64,000 nt of DNA from Patescibacteria group bacterium (GCA_041662665.1 JBAZSC010000001.1:129511-193510); one strand, 5' to 3'. Positions 48,281-58,166 are shown, numbered from the stretch's first letter. Translations and numbers: made by a program. The notes: a model not told the origin generated them from the sequence alone.

Positions 48281-48757
48281 AAATCCCAAATCCCAAATTC
48301 CAAACAAATTACAAATCACAAAAAACAAAATTGCCCGAACAAAATAAAACTAACAAATTATATAATCTCGAAGACCGAACTTTAGAATTTAGTAAAAGAG
48401 TTGCCAATATGTGCAACGCTTTGCCTAAAAATTATATTAATATTGTTTATATAAATCAGATTTTAAGATCAGGGAGTTCGATAGGTGCTAATTACATAGA
48501 AGCAAATGAATCATTAGGAAAAAAAGATTTTAAAATGAAAGTAAGAATTGCTAGAAAAGAAGCAAAAGAAACAACTTATTGGCTGAATTTAATAATAGAT
48601 GCTAATCCAGAATTTAGAAAAAGAATTGAACCATTATTACAAGAATCAATCGAAATAAGAAATATTTTATCAACAATAATAAACAAATCTAATTAATTTT
48701 TTTTGTAATTTGTATTTTGTATATTGTAATTTGTTTGGAATTTGGGATTTGTAATTT
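48281..48757. mobile_element. Family A palindrome with four-helix-bundle gene in its loop
   Basis: Perfect 28-bp inverted repeat 48287-48314/48724-48751 of the same family as four empty copies; mobility is inferred. Confidence 0.6.
48331..48696 (+). CDS. Four helix bundle protein (23S rRNA IVP/Avd-like family)
   Basis: YNLEDRTLEFS, QILRSGSSIGANYIEA, IARKEAKETTYWL; TTG start. Confidence 0.9.
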   Translation: MPEQNKTNKLYNLEDRTLEFSKRVANMCNALPKNYINIVYINQILRSGSSIGANYIEANESLGKKDFKMKVRIARKEAKETTYWLNLIIDANPEFRKRIEPLLQESIEIRNILSTIINKSN

Positions 48758-48768
48758 ATAATAACGTT

Positions 48769-50603
48769 ATGCAGGACAAAGATTTGCCAGTTGGCAAAAA
48801 AAATATCGAAAATTTGACTGAAGATGAGCAACAAGAAATCCTTAAGGCTGAAGAAATTTACAGAAAGGGTCTGGTTTCGATTCGCGATATTATTGCGCCA
48901 AGTGCATTGCAGGTTAATCCAAATTTTCTTAAATTAGGCGACAAGTTTGTCAGAACTTTGTTTATTTTTACATATCCTCGTTTTGTAAATACTGGCTGGT
49001 TTGCTCCAGTTATCAACATGAACATCGAAGCTGATATGGCGATGTATATTAATCCAGTTAGCTCCGAAAAAATCCTAAAAACTTTAAAAAATAAAGTTGG
49101 ACAAATCCAATCCACAATGGCAGGCAAGCAAGAAAAAGGCGAAGTTAGAGATCCAATGCTAGAAACAGCACTCAATGATGTTGAAGAACTTCGCGATCGT
49201 TTGATACAAGGCACAGAAAGATTTTTTCATTTTGCATTATATATCACAATTTACGAGAATTCTGAAAAAAAATTAGAGCAAACAACCAAAGAAATTGAAG
49301 ATTTACTTGGTCAAAGATTAATTTATTCCAAGCGAGCTTTTTTTCAAGCTGAACAAGGATTCAATACTACAACTCCGCTAGGTTTAGATGAACTAGGAGT
49401 CCTCAACAATTTTAATACATCTCCATTATCAACTAGTTTTCCATTTGTTTCTTCAGAATTAACTTCCGATGAAGGTGTTCTTTATGGAATTAATCGTCAT
49501 AATAATAGTCTAATTTTATTCGATCGTTTTACTTTGCCAAATGCTAATTCAGTTGTATTTGCAACTTCTGGTGCTGGAAAAAGTTATGCTGTAAAATTAG
49601 AAATTTTAAGATCTTTAATGTTTGGAACAGAAGTTATCGTCATTGATCCAGAAAATGAATATAAATATTTATGTGAATCAGTTGGAGGAACATTTTTAAA
49701 AATGTCTCTAGAATCAGAATACAGATTAAATCCATTTGATTTGCCAGTAGCAATTTCCGGCATGAAAACAAAAGACATTATTAGATCTGCAGTTATCAAT
49801 ATCAAAGGCTTATTAAGAATCATGTTGGGCCGTCTTACTAAAGAAGAAGATGCTTTGTTAGATAGAGGAATTATTGAGACATATGCTAAAAAAGATATTA
49901 CTGCTGAATCAGATTTGTCAAAAATAGAAGTTCCGACAATGAAAGATCTGCAAGAAATTCTAGAAGGCATGCAAGGAGCAGAGGATATAGTTCCAAGAAT
50001 TAAAAAATATACTGAAGGCACTTTTGCTGGATTATTAAATCAAGCCACAAATGTCAGAATTGATAATCCATTTGTCGTTTTTAGCATCAGAGATCTAGAA
50101 GATGAGTTACGTCCAATCGCAATGTATGTTATTCTTAATCATATCTGGAATATTGTTAGAGCAGAGATGAGAAAAAGAATTTTGGTAGTTGATGAAGCTT
50201 GGTGGATGATGCAATACGAAGAATCTGCCAGATTTATGTACAGTATTGCCAAAAGAGGCCGAAAATATTATCTTGGCACAACCACAATTTCTCAGATGTT
50301 AATGATTTTCTAACATCAGATTATGGTAAAGCAATTGTTACTAATTCCGCTTTGCAATTATTATTAAAACAATCTCCAGCCTCAATTGATTTATTGAAAA
50401 AAACTTTTTATCTAACAGAAGAAGAAAAATATTTACTTTTAGAATCAGATGTTGGTGAAGGTATTTTCTTTGCAGGTAGCAAACATGTTGCAATTAAAAT
50501 AGTCGCTTCATATTCAGAAGACCAAATCATTACCACAGATCCAAAACAATTATTAGAATTAGAACAAGCCAAGAAGAATTATGAACAAGAACAAAATGTT
50601 TAA
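48769..50603 (+). pseudogene. virB4: VirB4-like ATPase with 1-nt frameshift near 50295 (pseudogene or sequence error)
   Basis: Walker A ATSGAGKS, VIDPENEY, VVDEAW; TTISQ continues as DVNDFL...LLKQSP in another frame. Confidence 0.8.
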
Positions 50604-50611
50604 AAACAAAA

Positions 50612-50715
50612 GCCACAAATCCCAAATTCCAAACAAATTTCAAATTACAAATCACAAAATTGCAAGTTTGTTTATTGTGATTTGTGATTTGTTTGGATTT
50701 TGGAATTTGTAATTT
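50612..50715. repeat. Heptamer palindrome family A, empty copy
   Basis: acaaatcccaaattccaaacaaat.../atttgtttggattttggaatttgt. Confidence 0.9.
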
Positions 50716-50741
50716 ATTTCTATATTTAATAAAATAAAAAT

Positions 50742-51410
50742 ATGTTTAAAAAATCTTACATCATTTTAGCTCTAACATTAATTGCACTTGCAACAACTGC
50801 CTTCGGTTGTAAAAAAGCCGACACAAATACTAATCAGCCAGCCAATCAAAATGCAAATGTTGTTGCCAACAATACAAACGTGGTTGCAACAAATGATAAT
50901 GAGTTTCCGATTGTAAATGCCAATGAAGCATTAAATGCAAATGAAAATGTTACACTTAATGTCAATGAAACAGAAAATGCAGTTACAGAAAATTTAAATG
51001 CCATCGAAAATCAAGGCGAAATAAAAGTTGAGCAAGACCAAGAAAAAACAGTTTTAGCTTTAGCTTCAAAAATTGCTGAAATTTACGGCACTTTTACTAA
51101 CAAGGACAAAGAAGCCTACAAAAATCTAAAAACAATCAAAACTTACTCAACAGAAAAAATGAGCGCTTTTCTTGATGAACAAATTGCCAAACCGATAGAT
51201 CCAAAAGCATCATTTTATGGTGTAACCACAAAAACAATCAGTTCTGGAATTTCTGATACAACTGATAAAGAAATGACTGCCATTGTTACAACCAAGAGAG
51301 AAGAAATCACAGCTCAAAATAACAAGCCAACTGTCAAATATCAAATTTTAAAACTTGAATTTACAAAAGTCGGTGAAGAATGGAAATTAAGCGGGGCTTT
51401 CTGGTTGTAA
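50742..51410 (+). CDS. Lipoprotein with Asn-rich linker, possible VirB8/TcpC-like C terminus
   Basis: Lipobox AFG-C; C-terminal LEFTKVGEEWKL. Confidence 0.65.
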   Translation: MFKKSYIILALTLIALATTAFGCKKADTNTNQPANQNANVVANNTNVVATNDNEFPIVNANEALNANENVTLNVNETENAVTENLNAIENQGEIKVEQDQEKTVLALASKIAEIYGTFTNKDKEAYKNLKTIKTYSTEKMSAFLDEQIAKPIDPKASFYGVTTKTISSGISDTTDKEMTAIVTTKREEITAQNNKPTVKYQILKLEFTKVGEEWKLSGAFWL

Positions 51411-51558
51411 TAATACAAATATGCAAATTTATGCAAATGATACGAATATACGAATTCGCAAATTATAATTAGTTCTAAAAAGTGATTTACAATCAAAAAT
51501 AAAATATTCGCTCGATTCGCATATTTGCAACATTTGCATTATTCGTATATTCGTATTA
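51411..51558. repeat. Periodic palindrome family C
   Basis: tacaaatatgcaaatttatgcaaatgatacgaatatacgaat.../attcgtatattcgtatta. Confidence 0.85.
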
Positions 51559-51600
51559 TATTTTCACGTTTCTACTCGATAATTTTTTTAAATAATCAGT

Positions 51601-52266
51601 ATGAGAAATACTGTTAGTGATATAAATATAAATAAAGAATTATTTTATTATGAAAAACTAAAGGAGATTAAACACAAAAAAAAATCATCTCCAGATTTTG
51701 ATAATTATAAAAAAAATTTTTCTTCAAACTATGGTGCGCATTTAGCAAATCAAAAAAGTATCTCTGCTTTTGATGGAGCAGAAGGAGCAGAAGCAGAACA
51801 ATCTGCTGAAGAAATGCCAGATACTGTTGCAAGAGGTGAAGAAGGCGGTAACTATGAACAATTTAACCGTCTAAAAAGTGAAGCATTAGAAAGAGCCAAA
51901 AAAACAAAAGGCGGAGCAGAAAGAGCAGCTAAAGTTGCGAAAGCAGCTCAACAGCTTAAAAATATAAAAAACATAAAAAATTTATTAACGTTGGTAAAAG
52001 CTTTTGCCGCTTTTGATCCTATTACATTGTTGGTCACTTGGGTAATTATGAATGTTCAGTTTATCGGTGGCAATATCTTTAAATCAAAAAAAATTCCTCC
52101 ACTTGGAGGGATCGAATTACTTATCTATATTCCAGTCGCAATTTTCGTTTTTACCTTTAGTCTTCCTATGATTATGCTACCTCTCATTACAACCGGATTA
52201 GTTGGTGGCGCCCTTGCAGGCATTGCAAATATTGCGAGTTCAATTGGCACAAACATAGGTATATAA
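51601..52266 (+). CDS. Hypothetical membrane protein
   Basis: 221 aa with C-terminal TM helices. Confidence 0.65.
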   Translation: MRNTVSDININKELFYYEKLKEIKHKKKSSPDFDNYKKNFSSNYGAHLANQKSISAFDGAEGAEAEQSAEEMPDTVARGEEGGNYEQFNRLKSEALERAKKTKGGAERAAKVAKAAQQLKNIKNIKNLLTLVKAFAAFDPITLLVTWVIMNVQFIGGNIFKSKKIPPLGGIELLIYIPVAIFVFTFSLPMIMLPLITTGLVGGALAGIANIASSIGTNIGI

Positions 52267-52271
52267 AATAT

Positions 52272-53750
52272 ATGAACAAAAACAAAATAATCATTTTCTT
52301 TGGGTTAATAACATTGCTTTTAGGTTTTAATCAAGTTTTTGCGCAAGACGAGGTTCAATTCCCAAGCGATCTGCAAAGCTTTATTAATGCTAACCCAAAC
52401 AATATTACTTCGAATGATCTTAAAAACATGCTTCCATTAAGCGTTACTTTAGATTATTCTCCAAAGCCAGTTTCAGCAACAAGTCCAGTCAAAGTGACAG
52501 CTAATGCGATTAGCAGTACTCAATCAAATGGCGTAACTTATCGCTGGTTTTTGGATGGCCAAGAAAAAAAGGTCAGCAATTCTGTTTTTGAATTTAATAT
52601 GAATGAAGGATTAATTCGCCAAGATTTGCGTTGCGGAGATTCTCGAGAAATAAAAGTTGAAGCCTCAAATTCTAATACTAAAGAAAAAGCAATTTCCACA
52701 TTAAAAATTCCGATTGGCTTAGATTTGTCATTTAACAAAAGATCAATTGGTGTTGCTGATCAAAATAATGCTGCTACAACAGATTATAATTTGAATAAAG
52801 CAGATATTGATCCAAATAGCATTATTTTGCAGGCTCCAGATATTTTCTTAAAGCCAACTCCTTCGCAAAATGAATTTCGTTTTGGAGATATTGTTCAAGT
52901 TGAAGCTGTAGATTTAAGGAATACTTATAACAATCAAGCTTGTACTTCCGCTTCCAATTTCACAAGTTTAGACAGCTATTTAGATAGCCTAAATTATCAA
53001 TGGACATATAATGGAACAGTTCAACAAGGAAAAAGCGGCAAAGGACAAAAATTTAAAACTGCTTCTTTCGTTATCAACACTTTGCCTGCACAAGTAATCC
53101 AAAATGATTTAGGATCATGCAACGCTACACAATCCCAAAATATCAATGTTGTTGGTTTAACAATTGCAGATTCTTCTGGAAAAACTTTAGCAACAAAGCA
53201 AGAATCATTAAATGTCATCGCTCCTCAAATTAATATCAAGCCAATTTGCGGCGCTTTCGGCAAAGATGTTAATTGCGCAAATATTAATTCCACAAATTTA
53301 AAATCAACTTATGGCGTTGCTCAAAGTTATCAATTAAATTCTGGCCAAACAATTAATTTTCAAGCAAATTTAAATAATTTTCAGCCATCACAACAATTAA
53401 ATTTAATTTGGAAAGTTAATGGCACAGAAGTTGATAACAAAACTATCGTTGATCCAAATACTCCATATTTCACTTCTCCAAATCTTACAATGACTAGCCA
53501 AATTCAGATTGTCGAAGTTAGCGCAATTAACACTGTCTATAATTCCAATCAAACAGAAAATGCCACTCAAAAAATTATTTTAACTCCAACTCAAGTTAAT
53601 GCCCAAATTTCTACATCTGGCACTCTAGGATCATTGCAAAAATTCTTGCCTAAAAATTTCCGAAATTTATATAATTTTATTGCAGCAGCCGGATTATTAG
53701 GTATTATAATTTTATTAATAACTATAAAAGAGAAGAAAAAAAATGGATAG
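52272..53750 (+). CDS. Surface protein with Ig/PKD-like beta domains
   Basis: Signal peptide; TYRWFLDG, NYQWTYNG, LIWKVNG; C-terminal TM. Confidence 0.75.
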   Translation: MNKNKIIIFFGLITLLLGFNQVFAQDEVQFPSDLQSFINANPNNITSNDLKNMLPLSVTLDYSPKPVSATSPVKVTANAISSTQSNGVTYRWFLDGQEKKVSNSVFEFNMNEGLIRQDLRCGDSREIKVEASNSNTKEKAISTLKIPIGLDLSFNKRSIGVADQNNAATTDYNLNKADIDPNSIILQAPDIFLKPTPSQNEFRFGDIVQVEAVDLRNTYNNQACTSASNFTSLDSYLDSLNYQWTYNGTVQQGKSGKGQKFKTASFVINTLPAQVIQNDLGSCNATQSQNINVVGLTIADSSGKTLATKQESLNVIAPQINIKPICGAFGKDVNCANINSTNLKSTYGVAQSYQLNSGQTINFQANLNNFQPSQQLNLIWKVNGTEVDNKTIVDPNTPYFTSPNLTMTSQIQIVEVSAINTVYNSNQTENATQKIILTPTQVNAQISTSGTLGSLQKFLPKNFRNLYNFIAAAGLLGIIILLITIKEKKKNG

Positions 53751-54984
53751 AAAAAGAATATTAATTATCATTGGTATCGTCGCGTTGATTATTGCTTTCG
53801 CTGCAACAATCTATTTTGTGATTTTCCGAAAGCAAACAAAAGTTGCTTCAGATCTTCCAGCTTTAAATGAATCAGAACAACAAAGATTGCAATTAACAAA
53901 TGAAGAAAGAGCTGCCGGCGTTACTGAAGACCAAAAAATCCAGCAATATGTTGCTGAAAAAAGGAAAGAAATTGCCTTACAAGCAGAAACAGCAGTTACA
54001 AATAAATATCGAGTCATTCCAGTCTTAAACCAAAAATCAATTAGCCCAACATTATCAGCTGATTTTAGTAAACTTATTTTTTACAGCCCAGAAAATAAAG
54101 AATTTTATGTTGCCAATTTAGATGGCAGTCAGCCTTCGCCAATAACTTCATCTGCAATTGACAAAGTTTATGATATTTCATGGTCCAAGAAAAAAGATCG
54201 AGCAGTCATGACATTGTCAGACAATCAAGGATTGACCAGAAATTATTTAATTTTTGATATTAACAATCAAAAACAAACTCCAGTTGATCCAAATTTCAAA
54301 TCTCCAACATTATCTCCAGATGGTGAAAAAATCGCATATTTATTTAAAGACAAAGCATCAGGCACTTCCAATATTTCTGTTTCTAATTTAGATGGCACGA
54401 ATTGGAATAGCGTTTCTCCTTTTGAAGGCGAGTTTCCAATTATCAATTGGAATCTAGAATCAAAGCTTCTTTATTACAGCGAGCCAAGCACTCAAACAAA
54501 TGCCACTGCTTTTTCCGCCAATATTATTGGCAAAAGTTTCAATCAATTAGTTAGTGATTTTGGTCTTAATGTTAATATTTCAAATGACGGCAACAAAATT
54601 GTTTATTCAGGACAAAATGTTTCAAGCGCCACTACAACAAATTTGCAATTCTATGATGTTTTAGCAAATAAAAATGTTGATTTAGGCGTTCAAACATTTG
54701 CTGATAAATGTACTTGGCTTCCAGATAATCAAAATTTAATTTGCGCAATTCCAGAGAATCTAAGCAAATGTATGATTTTGCCAGATGCCTATAATAATTA
54801 TAATTTTGTTTCCAAAGATTCTTTCTTCAAAGTTGATACTCAAAATAACAAGACAACAAAATTAGCAGATACAAGTTTATTCGCTCAAGATTATGATGTC
54901 TTCAAGCCATTCATGCTTGGCGAAAAAATAATGTATTTTACAAGAAGACAGGATGGATTGCTTTATGCGTTTGTTATTCCTTGA
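53743..54984 (+). CDS. Membrane-anchored TolB-like beta-propeller protein
   Basis: N-terminal TM; PTLSPDGEKIAY, ISNDGNKIVY, ADKCTW. Confidence 0.75.
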   Translation: MDRKRILIIIGIVALIIAFAATIYFVIFRKQTKVASDLPALNESEQQRLQLTNEERAAGVTEDQKIQQYVAEKRKEIALQAETAVTNKYRVIPVLNQKSISPTLSADFSKLIFYSPENKEFYVANLDGSQPSPITSSAIDKVYDISWSKKKDRAVMTLSDNQGLTRNYLIFDINNQKQTPVDPNFKSPTLSPDGEKIAYLFKDKASGTSNISVSNLDGTNWNSVSPFEGEFPIINWNLESKLLYYSEPSTQTNATAFSANIIGKSFNQLVSDFGLNVNISNDGNKIVYSGQNVSSATTTNLQFYDVLANKNVDLGVQTFADKCTWLPDNQNLICAIPENLSKCMILPDAYNNYNFVSKDSFFKVDTQNNKTTKLADTSLFAQDYDVFKPFMLGEKIMYFTRRQDGLLYAFVIP

Positions 54985-54986
54985 CG

Positions 54987-55115
54987 AATTTTCAATTTAT
55001 AATTTCTAATTTCTATTAAATTTTAAATAACTAATTTCTAAAGCTATCGTAGAGAAGGTTTGAAAATTTTAGCATTGAAAATTTAATAGAAATTAGGAAT
55101 TAGAAATTAGAAATT
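54987..55115. repeat. Heptamer palindrome family B variant
   Basis: taatttctattaaattt / aaatttaatagaaatta plus flanking 7-mers. Confidence 0.85.
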
Positions 55116-55123
55116 TTCTCTTT

Positions 55124-57031
55124 ATGAATTCTAAAATAAAAAAAATAATCTATTCCTTCATAATATTCCTGAATATTCTTTTTTTTGCGTCTCCAATTTT
55201 GCCAACTTATGCTGCCGGTTGTCCTGAAGGTAAAGTTGCAGTAATCGGCGATTCGTTGACAGTAGGATATGGCCCAAGGTTAAAGGCCAAATGTCCGAAA
55301 GTTGATGTTTTTGCCAAAAGTGGTGCCGAAACTTCTTTTATTAAAGGCCTTCTTGAACAAAATGTTTTAAATGGGGGATATAACCAGGTTATAATTTTCG
55401 CAGGAGTAAATGATGCAAACAATCTTAAATCTCCAGCAAATATCGAAAAAAATCTTGCTGACATGTACAAAGAAGCCAAAGATAAAAATATTGCAGTTAC
55501 AGCTATTACTATTCCATATTGGACTGAGCTCGCAACAGATAGAAAAGGTCAGCAAAAAAAACAGATTATATCTGAAGTAAATACATGGATTCAACAAAAT
55601 GCGCCAAATACTATAACTGCTCCAACATGGGTTGAAAAGCTGCACAGTGGAACAAATTATACCAATCTGATTGCCAAAATCATGAGTGCATCATTGCCAG
55701 CAACACAGACGACGACTACTCCAACTCCTACTCCAATAGCTCCTACGACTCCAACTACAAATGATGTCAAAGCAACTTGCAAAGGAACTGATTCGCTAGA
55801 TCAAAGTCAAACAAAAGATATAACTTTTTCAACCACAGAAACCGATCAAAGTAAAATCGCCACTGGAGCTTCTGATCAATGCTATAAAGAATGTGATACT
55901 GAAGGATGGACGAATTGCTCAGCTACAGTTAATAGCGTTACTGCTCAAGCACCAACTCAAACTCCAATTCCAGGAAGTGACGGTTCAACTCCAGCTACAG
56001 GTGTTGATACTACAGCTCAAGCTCCAACATTTGAGCCTAATCCATCATCATTAGTTTCTGGCAGTACTGCCTGTGAAATTTGGAAAAATGCTTTTAATTT
56101 AGGAATTTCATTTATCGGTGTCGCTGCATTGGCTGGAGTAATCTGGGGCGGATTCGGATATATCACATCTTATGGTAATCAAGAAAAAATAAAATCTGCC
56201 AAAGAAACAATTTGGGGATCAGTTGGTGGAATGTTTATCGGTCTTTTTGCTTATGTTTTATTTTCTTTAGTAAATCCTTATGTTTTGCAATGTAAAATAG
56301 ATGCGCCGTTTAAATTAAGTATTAGCGGTGCAACTGGGCAAAATCCAAGTGGGACTGGAACACAAGGACAAGGACAAGGACAAGGAGGTACTCTTCTTTC
56401 AGGCAGTGCAAGCGATTTAGGAAAATGCGCCAAGACCTACGATACAAATAATAAGAGCAATCGTTATACACAGATAGTAGAAAATGCTGCAAGGACATAC
56501 AATGTTGATCCATTCTTCCTTGAATCAACACTCGATCATGAAAGTTCATTTGACAATGGTGCTGTAAACAAAAATAGCGGTACTCTTAGTATGGGGCAAT
56601 TTATGCCTGGTACCTTTGATGCAGCTGCCTCAGAATGGTCAAAATCTACTGGCAAAAGCGTTGAGCAATCTTGCCTTAATGAAATTAGCTCAGGACCTGT
56701 TGACCCCAATGCAGGCTACTGTTCAAAAAAGAGAAATCCTAATTGCCCAGCATACATCAGTTATTCTCCAAGATGTAAGCAATGGGTCAAAGATCATTCG
56801 AATGAAATGGTAGAAATCGTTGCTGTTCATCTAAAACAATTATTAAGAAATATCCCAACCGACAATTATGCTTGTGTTGCTGCTGGATATTTTTCTGGAG
56901 CCGGTGGTGGAAGGACTTGGTGCAAAGATCCTAATATGCCTGGGTGGAAAGAAGAAGACAGAGCAGAAGTTAATAAATATGTGAATAAAGCAGCAACCCT
57001 ATATAATAAAGCCTGCCAGAGAGGAAAATAA
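55124..57031 (+). CDS. SGNH/GDSL hydrolase + TrbC/VirB2-like pilin + lytic transglycosylase fusion
   Basis: VIGDSLT and GVND; GVIWGGFGYITSYGN.EKIKSAK..I...LVNP; HESSF...GQFMPGT...AGYFSG. Confidence 0.75.
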   Translation: MNSKIKKIIYSFIIFLNILFFASPILPTYAAGCPEGKVAVIGDSLTVGYGPRLKAKCPKVDVFAKSGAETSFIKGLLEQNVLNGGYNQVIIFAGVNDANNLKSPANIEKNLADMYKEAKDKNIAVTAITIPYWTELATDRKGQQKKQIISEVNTWIQQNAPNTITAPTWVEKLHSGTNYTNLIAKIMSASLPATQTTTTPTPTPIAPTTPTTNDVKATCKGTDSLDQSQTKDITFSTTETDQSKIATGASDQCYKECDTEGWTNCSATVNSVTAQAPTQTPIPGSDGSTPATGVDTTAQAPTFEPNPSSLVSGSTACEIWKNAFNLGISFIGVAALAGVIWGGFGYITSYGNQEKIKSAKETIWGSVGGMFIGLFAYVLFSLVNPYVLQCKIDAPFKLSISGATGQNPSGTGTQGQGQGQGGTLLSGSASDLGKCAKTYDTNNKSNRYTQIVENAARTYNVDPFFLESTLDHESSFDNGAVNKNSGTLSMGQFMPGTFDAAASEWSKSTGKSVEQSCLNEISSGPVDPNAGYCSKKRNPNCPAYISYSPRCKQWVKDHSNEMVEIVAVHLKQLLRNIPTDNYACVAAGYFSGAGGGRTWCKDPNMPGWKEEDRAEVNKYVNKAATLYNKACQRGK

Positions 57032-57043
57032 TTTTTAAAGAAT

Positions 57044-58132
57044 ATGAAAACTCGTTCAAAATTAATTATTGGAAGTTTAATCTTTTTAATCCTAATTATT
57101 GTTGGTGCGCTTTTGGTTCAATATTTTTTTAAGAATAAAAATGAAACACAATTGCAGACTTCCCTAGAATCAGTTACTGCTTTTTCGGCAAATGAAACAA
57201 ATCAAATCAAAACAGAAATTAGCGAAACCATCCAATTTCCGAGTCATATTCTAAGTAACGGAGAGATCTATTCTTATAATTTAGATAATAGCAAATTTTA
57301 TAAGACCAATTTAAGCACAAAAAAAAGTTTAGCTATTATACCTTTTGCCAATACAGATAATATTATTAACGCCCAATGGGATCAAAGTAATGATAAGGTT
57401 CTTGCTATTCAAGATAATTCTTACAAGATATTTAGTTTAAATGATAGCAAAGTATATCCGCTTGATAATAATTTATCCAATCTTTTTTGGCTTGATGGCA
57501 ACAGATTAATTGGAAATTATTATAAACCTGAGGATAGTACAAATAGAATTTTAATTATCAATAGTCAAGGAGAGCTTCAAGAAACTATTTTAGATTTAGA
57601 AACTTCAATTGATGCTTTGCCAGTAAATATAATTGGCGCAAGCAATAATAATGTTTATTATCTTTTGAATGGCTATTTATATGAACTGAATCTATTAACA
57701 AAAGAGAATAATAAAATTATTGAACAGCAAATTACATCTGCCAAAATTTCACCTAGATCTGATAAAATAATATATAGTACTTTCATTGATGAAAAATTTT
57801 CTGATTTTGTTTTTGATTTAAATACAAGAGCGACTGCTCAATTACAAAATATTGATATTGATGCCAGCAATATTCTTTGGAGCAGTGATGAAAGTACTCT
57901 CTATTTAATAAAAAACAGCCTTGAAATAAGTGAAGGCTCCAGTGCATCTAGCTATTATCTTTTAGACAAAATAGAAAAATACAATTTAAATAATCAGCAA
58001 GTAGAATCAACAATAGACATTGCAGGTCAAGGTAAATATGGAGCAGACGATTTTTTCTTATCTAGCGATGAATCAAAAATCTATTTTGTAAATTCAGCCA
58101 ATTCTTTTCTCTACTCAATCAACTTAAAATAA
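57044..58132 (+). CDS. Membrane-anchored beta-propeller-like protein
   Basis: N-terminal TM; ISPRSDKIIY, WSSDESTLY, LSSDESKIYF. Confidence 0.7.
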   Translation: MKTRSKLIIGSLIFLILIIVGALLVQYFFKNKNETQLQTSLESVTAFSANETNQIKTEISETIQFPSHILSNGEIYSYNLDNSKFYKTNLSTKKSLAIIPFANTDNIINAQWDQSNDKVLAIQDNSYKIFSLNDSKVYPLDNNLSNLFWLDGNRLIGNYYKPEDSTNRILIINSQGELQETILDLETSIDALPVNIIGASNNNVYYLLNGYLYELNLLTKENNKIIEQQITSAKISPRSDKIIYSTFIDEKFSDFVFDLNTRATAQLQNIDIDASNILWSSDESTLYLIKNSLEISEGSSASSYYLLDKIEKYNLNNQQVESTIDIAGQGKYGADDFFLSSDESKIYFVNSANSFLYSINLK

Positions 58133-58166
58133 TAAATTCATCTAATAATTAAAGTAATAATCAACT

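Noticed and set aside
27846-48696. Diversity-generating retroelement suggested by Avd-like proteins
   Set aside because: No reverse transcriptase and no TR/VR pair differing at adenines seen in the window
23058-48768. N-terminal extensions in the ORF track (23058, 26316, 26734, 29137, 39908, 46950, 48742)
   Set aside because: They translate the upstream palindrome arms; family-typical starts lie just downstream
50281-50320. Programmed ribosomal frameshift in virB4
   Set aside because: No slippery heptamer or obvious stimulatory structure; a simple 1-nt deletion is more parsimonious
41001-58132. Integrative conjugative element or prophage
   Set aside because: No integrase, relaxase, att-like repeats or phage structural genes; composition and repeats match the core genome
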